Below the pieces are notes generated by a model. That model was not told where the DNA came from. It was given only the letters and a program-made list of their open reading frames with translations, and made no database searches. Shown here piece by piece: positions 61,283-64,000 of a DNA stretch of 64,000 nt. The translations under genes were made by a program, and so were the position numbers. Source of the DNA: Macrostomum lignano (Eukaryota); assembly GCA_002269645.1 (NCBI GenBank), contig NIVC01000007.1, positions 44,129 to 108,128 of the forward strand, given 5' to 3'. Position 1 is the stretch's first letter. Every line of letters starts with the position of its first letter.

Positions 61283-63743
61283 ATGCAAGACTTCGATCCG
61301 AGGTTTGCTCTCGCCGCTTCCTGCACTGTCAATCAGGGTGAGTGTGTTGCAAAATTTGATTTGAGTATTTATGAATGTTTGCACACACCAGCTATGCAAA
61401 ACTTAGGCAATTGTGGCTCATCAAAAGTTCAGCCCAGTTAGCGCCCCTCCCAGTCAGTGGTGTACATAGGAATTAATTGGAGGCACCGCAACCCTAAGGG
61501 GCGCCAATCATTGATGTCATGGTGGGCGCCCCCTGTCTCTCGGGTGGGCGCCCCTGTCTCTCAGGTTGGCGCCCCCTGTCTCTTGGTGAGAACCCCTGTC
61601 TCTCGGGTGGGCGCCCCTGTCTCTTAGGTGGGCGCCCCTGTCTCTTAGGTGGGCGCCCCTGTCTCTTAGGTGGGCGCCCCTGTCTCTTTGGTGGGCGCCC
61701 CTGTCTCTTAGGTGCGCGCCCCTGTCTCTTAGGTGGGCGCCCCTGTCTCTTAGGTGGGCGCCCCTGTCTCTTAGGTGGGCGCCCCTGTCTCTTAGGTGGG
61801 CGCCCCTGTCTCTTAGGTGCGCGCCCCTGTCTCTTAGGTGGGCGCCCCTGTCTCTCAGGTGGGCGCCCCTGTCTCTTAGGTGGGCGCCCCTGTCTCTTTT
61901 AGGTGCCCAGTTGGCGCTCCCCCAGTTGCCCTCCCCCAGTTGGCGTCCCCAGTTGGCGCCCCCCCCCAATTGGCGCCCCCCTAGTTGGCGCCCCCCTCCA
62001 ATTGGCGCCCCCCAGTTGCCCTCCCCCAGTTGGCTCCCCAGTTCACTCCATGCGGAGATCTGCATATCAGCGCCACGTGATGCTCAATAGACACATGAGT
62101 TAAACAGAAAGCAAAAGAATTCCAACAAATTGACCAGAAAATGAGAGGTGATGAAAAACACAAAAATCTTTAAGCGCTATTCGGCATCGTTGCGCAATCG
62201 CTATTAGCAAGGACATGCAGTTAGTCGGCTTGTTTTAAACAAAAGTCGTCACTTTCCAAATTTCTATTTTGACCGTTCGCGTGCGAGCATCCCATTAAAT
62301 GGCGCATGCGTGCGAGGGCAGAGGTGAGATAAAAAGCATTAAATATCTGCATGCCTGATTTGTGCGCCAGCCAAAGTGTGGCAGGCGGGAGGCTCAGATG
62401 CTGCAGTGAGGCTGGGGTTTATAAGTGTCGCACAATGACGCAATAATTAAGTGAGTAATGAAAGAACTGGTCCCTGTCAAGTCAAAGGGGTGTTGATCCT
62501 GCATGCAGTCCGCTTCACCGAATCAGTTTGCGTGCCGGCAAATTTAACAGCGGTTAAAACAGAACTGCATAACAGGATTCTAGTCTATCTAACAGGATTC
62601 TAGTCTATCTAACAGGATTCTAATCTATCTAACAGGATTCTAATCTATCTAACAGGATTCTAATCTATCTAACAGGATTCTAATCTATCTAACAGGATTC
62701 TAATCTATCTAACAGGATTCTAATCTATCTAACAGGATTCTAATCTATCTAACAGGATTCTAATCTATCTTAACAGGACTCTAATGTATCTAACATGATT
62801 CTAATCTATCTAACAGGATTCTAATCTATCTACAGGATTCTGATCTATCTACAGGATTCTAATCTATCTAACAGGATTCTAATCTATCTAACAGGATTCT
62901 AATCTATCTACAGGATTCTAACCTATCTAACAGGAGTCTAATCTATCTTACAGGAGTCTAATCTATCTAACAGGAGTCTAATCTACCTAACAGGATTCTA
63001 ACCTATCTAACAGGATTCTAATCTATCTAACAGGATTCTAATCTATCTACAGGATTCTAACCTATCTAACAGGAGTCTAATCTATCTTACAGGAGTCTAA
63101 TCTATCTAACAGGATTCTAATCTATCTAACAGGATTCTAACCTATCTAACAGGATTCTAACCTATACCCCAATCTCCATCAATCCTCAGACAGCAGCTCA
63201 ACAATGAACTCGGAAGCCGCGATGTCGTGCAGTTCGTCGCCTGCTCCACAGTCTCATGACCGCCGACCAAAGCCGCAGCCGCAGCCGCAGCAGCAGAGGC
63301 TGAAGCACCTCCGCAGGATGAAGGCGAACGATCGCGAGCGCAACCGGATGCACGGCCTGAACGACGCCCTGGAGACGCTGCGGCAAGTCCTGCCCAGCAT
63401 GGGCCAGCACGAGACCCGCCTGACCAAGATCGAGACCCTGCGCACCGCCTACGAGTACATCGCCTGGCTGTCCGACACTTTGAGGCGCCTGGACGCCGCC
63501 CAAGCTGCCCAGCCTCCCCCGGCTGCATCTGCAACTTGTTGCAATTTTATTGAGAGCATCTGCTATTGCCAGTCTTGTTGCTTTCAGCAACAGCAACAAC
63601 AGCAAGAAGTTAGCTATAGCAACTGGAATTTGCAGCAGCAGCAGCAGCAGCAGCACCAACCAACTTTTCAAGCATCCACACCGGAGGAAGCTTCAACTAT
63701 GCACGGACAGTTTTACGACATCAATCGGCCGTATTCGTTTTAA
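61283..63743 (+). CDS. neurog: Neurogenin-type bHLH transcription factor; main exon to 63743 with a probable upstream coding exon 61283-61337
   Basis: [28 protein letters not shown]...[14 protein letters not shown] matches the neurogenin bHLH. The upstream exon (ATG...CAG G|GTGAGT) joins CCTCAG|AC at 63190 in frame with ATG 63204. Confidence 0.85.
61525..62040. repeat. 21-bp minisatellite GTGGGCGCCCCTGTCTCTTAG followed by GGCGCCCC-rich degenerate units
   Basis: Direct reading. Confidence 0.9.
62570..63165. repeat. 20-bp minisatellite AACAGGATTCTAATCTATCT ending about 25 nt before the neurogenin acceptor
   Basis: About 29 units. Confidence 0.95.
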
Positions 63744-64000
63744 TTCTTTTCCTAAATTATAAAATTGGTCAACACATGCGCGTGTTTGATACTGATAGTA
63801 GTGCAGCGTGAGACCGAATAATTTTATACATTTCTCTTTTAATTGCTCAAATAATTGCGTAATGATTTAACTGCTTGCTATTTAAGTAGTACGAATAGTG
63901 TAAAAAATTTACCTGTAATATTACTATTTTCACCTGCCTACGCAGCTGTAGTTCTGCCATCAGCTAAATAAATTTTCAATAAAATTATTGGTACAAATAT

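Overview
Eukaryotic (animal) genomic DNA, not prokaryotic. GC-rich exons with GT-AG introns (mostly GTGAGT donors) lie in AT-rich DNA, and almost every intron carries its own mini- or microsatellite. This style resembles a free-living flatworm such as Macrostomum, which is inference only. Host genes, left to right: a Cys-rich LIM-like gene (partial, -), a divergent ADP-dependent glucokinase-like gene (-), an RNFT-type RING/transmembrane E3 ligase (-), a long coiled-coil protein (-), a PAXX-like NHEJ factor (-), a SCAMP (+) and a neurogenin-type bHLH factor (+). Mobile DNA: a decayed RNase H-containing LINE; an apparently intact Ngaro-type tyrosine-recombinase retrotransposon with split direct repeats (20041-24407); a 5'-truncated Gypsy element with its 3' LTR; a dead mariner; a Mutator-like foldback MITE with a 9-bp TSD; other MITEs; two CORE-type tRNA SINEs; and a minimal hammerhead ribozyme inside a GATA array. 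The best candidate for an undescribed system is the expression logic of the Ngaro element. Its RT/RNase H and recombinase ORFs have no usable ATG. Each starts at a 3' splice site in the same phase as perfect donors inside gag, so one donor could fuse a SAP/coiled-coil Gag N-terminus to either enzyme. An in-frame UGA and a U UUU UUA slippery site give a competing recoding route. Exon boundaries were read by eye. No database searches were run, so family assignments rest on remembered motifs.
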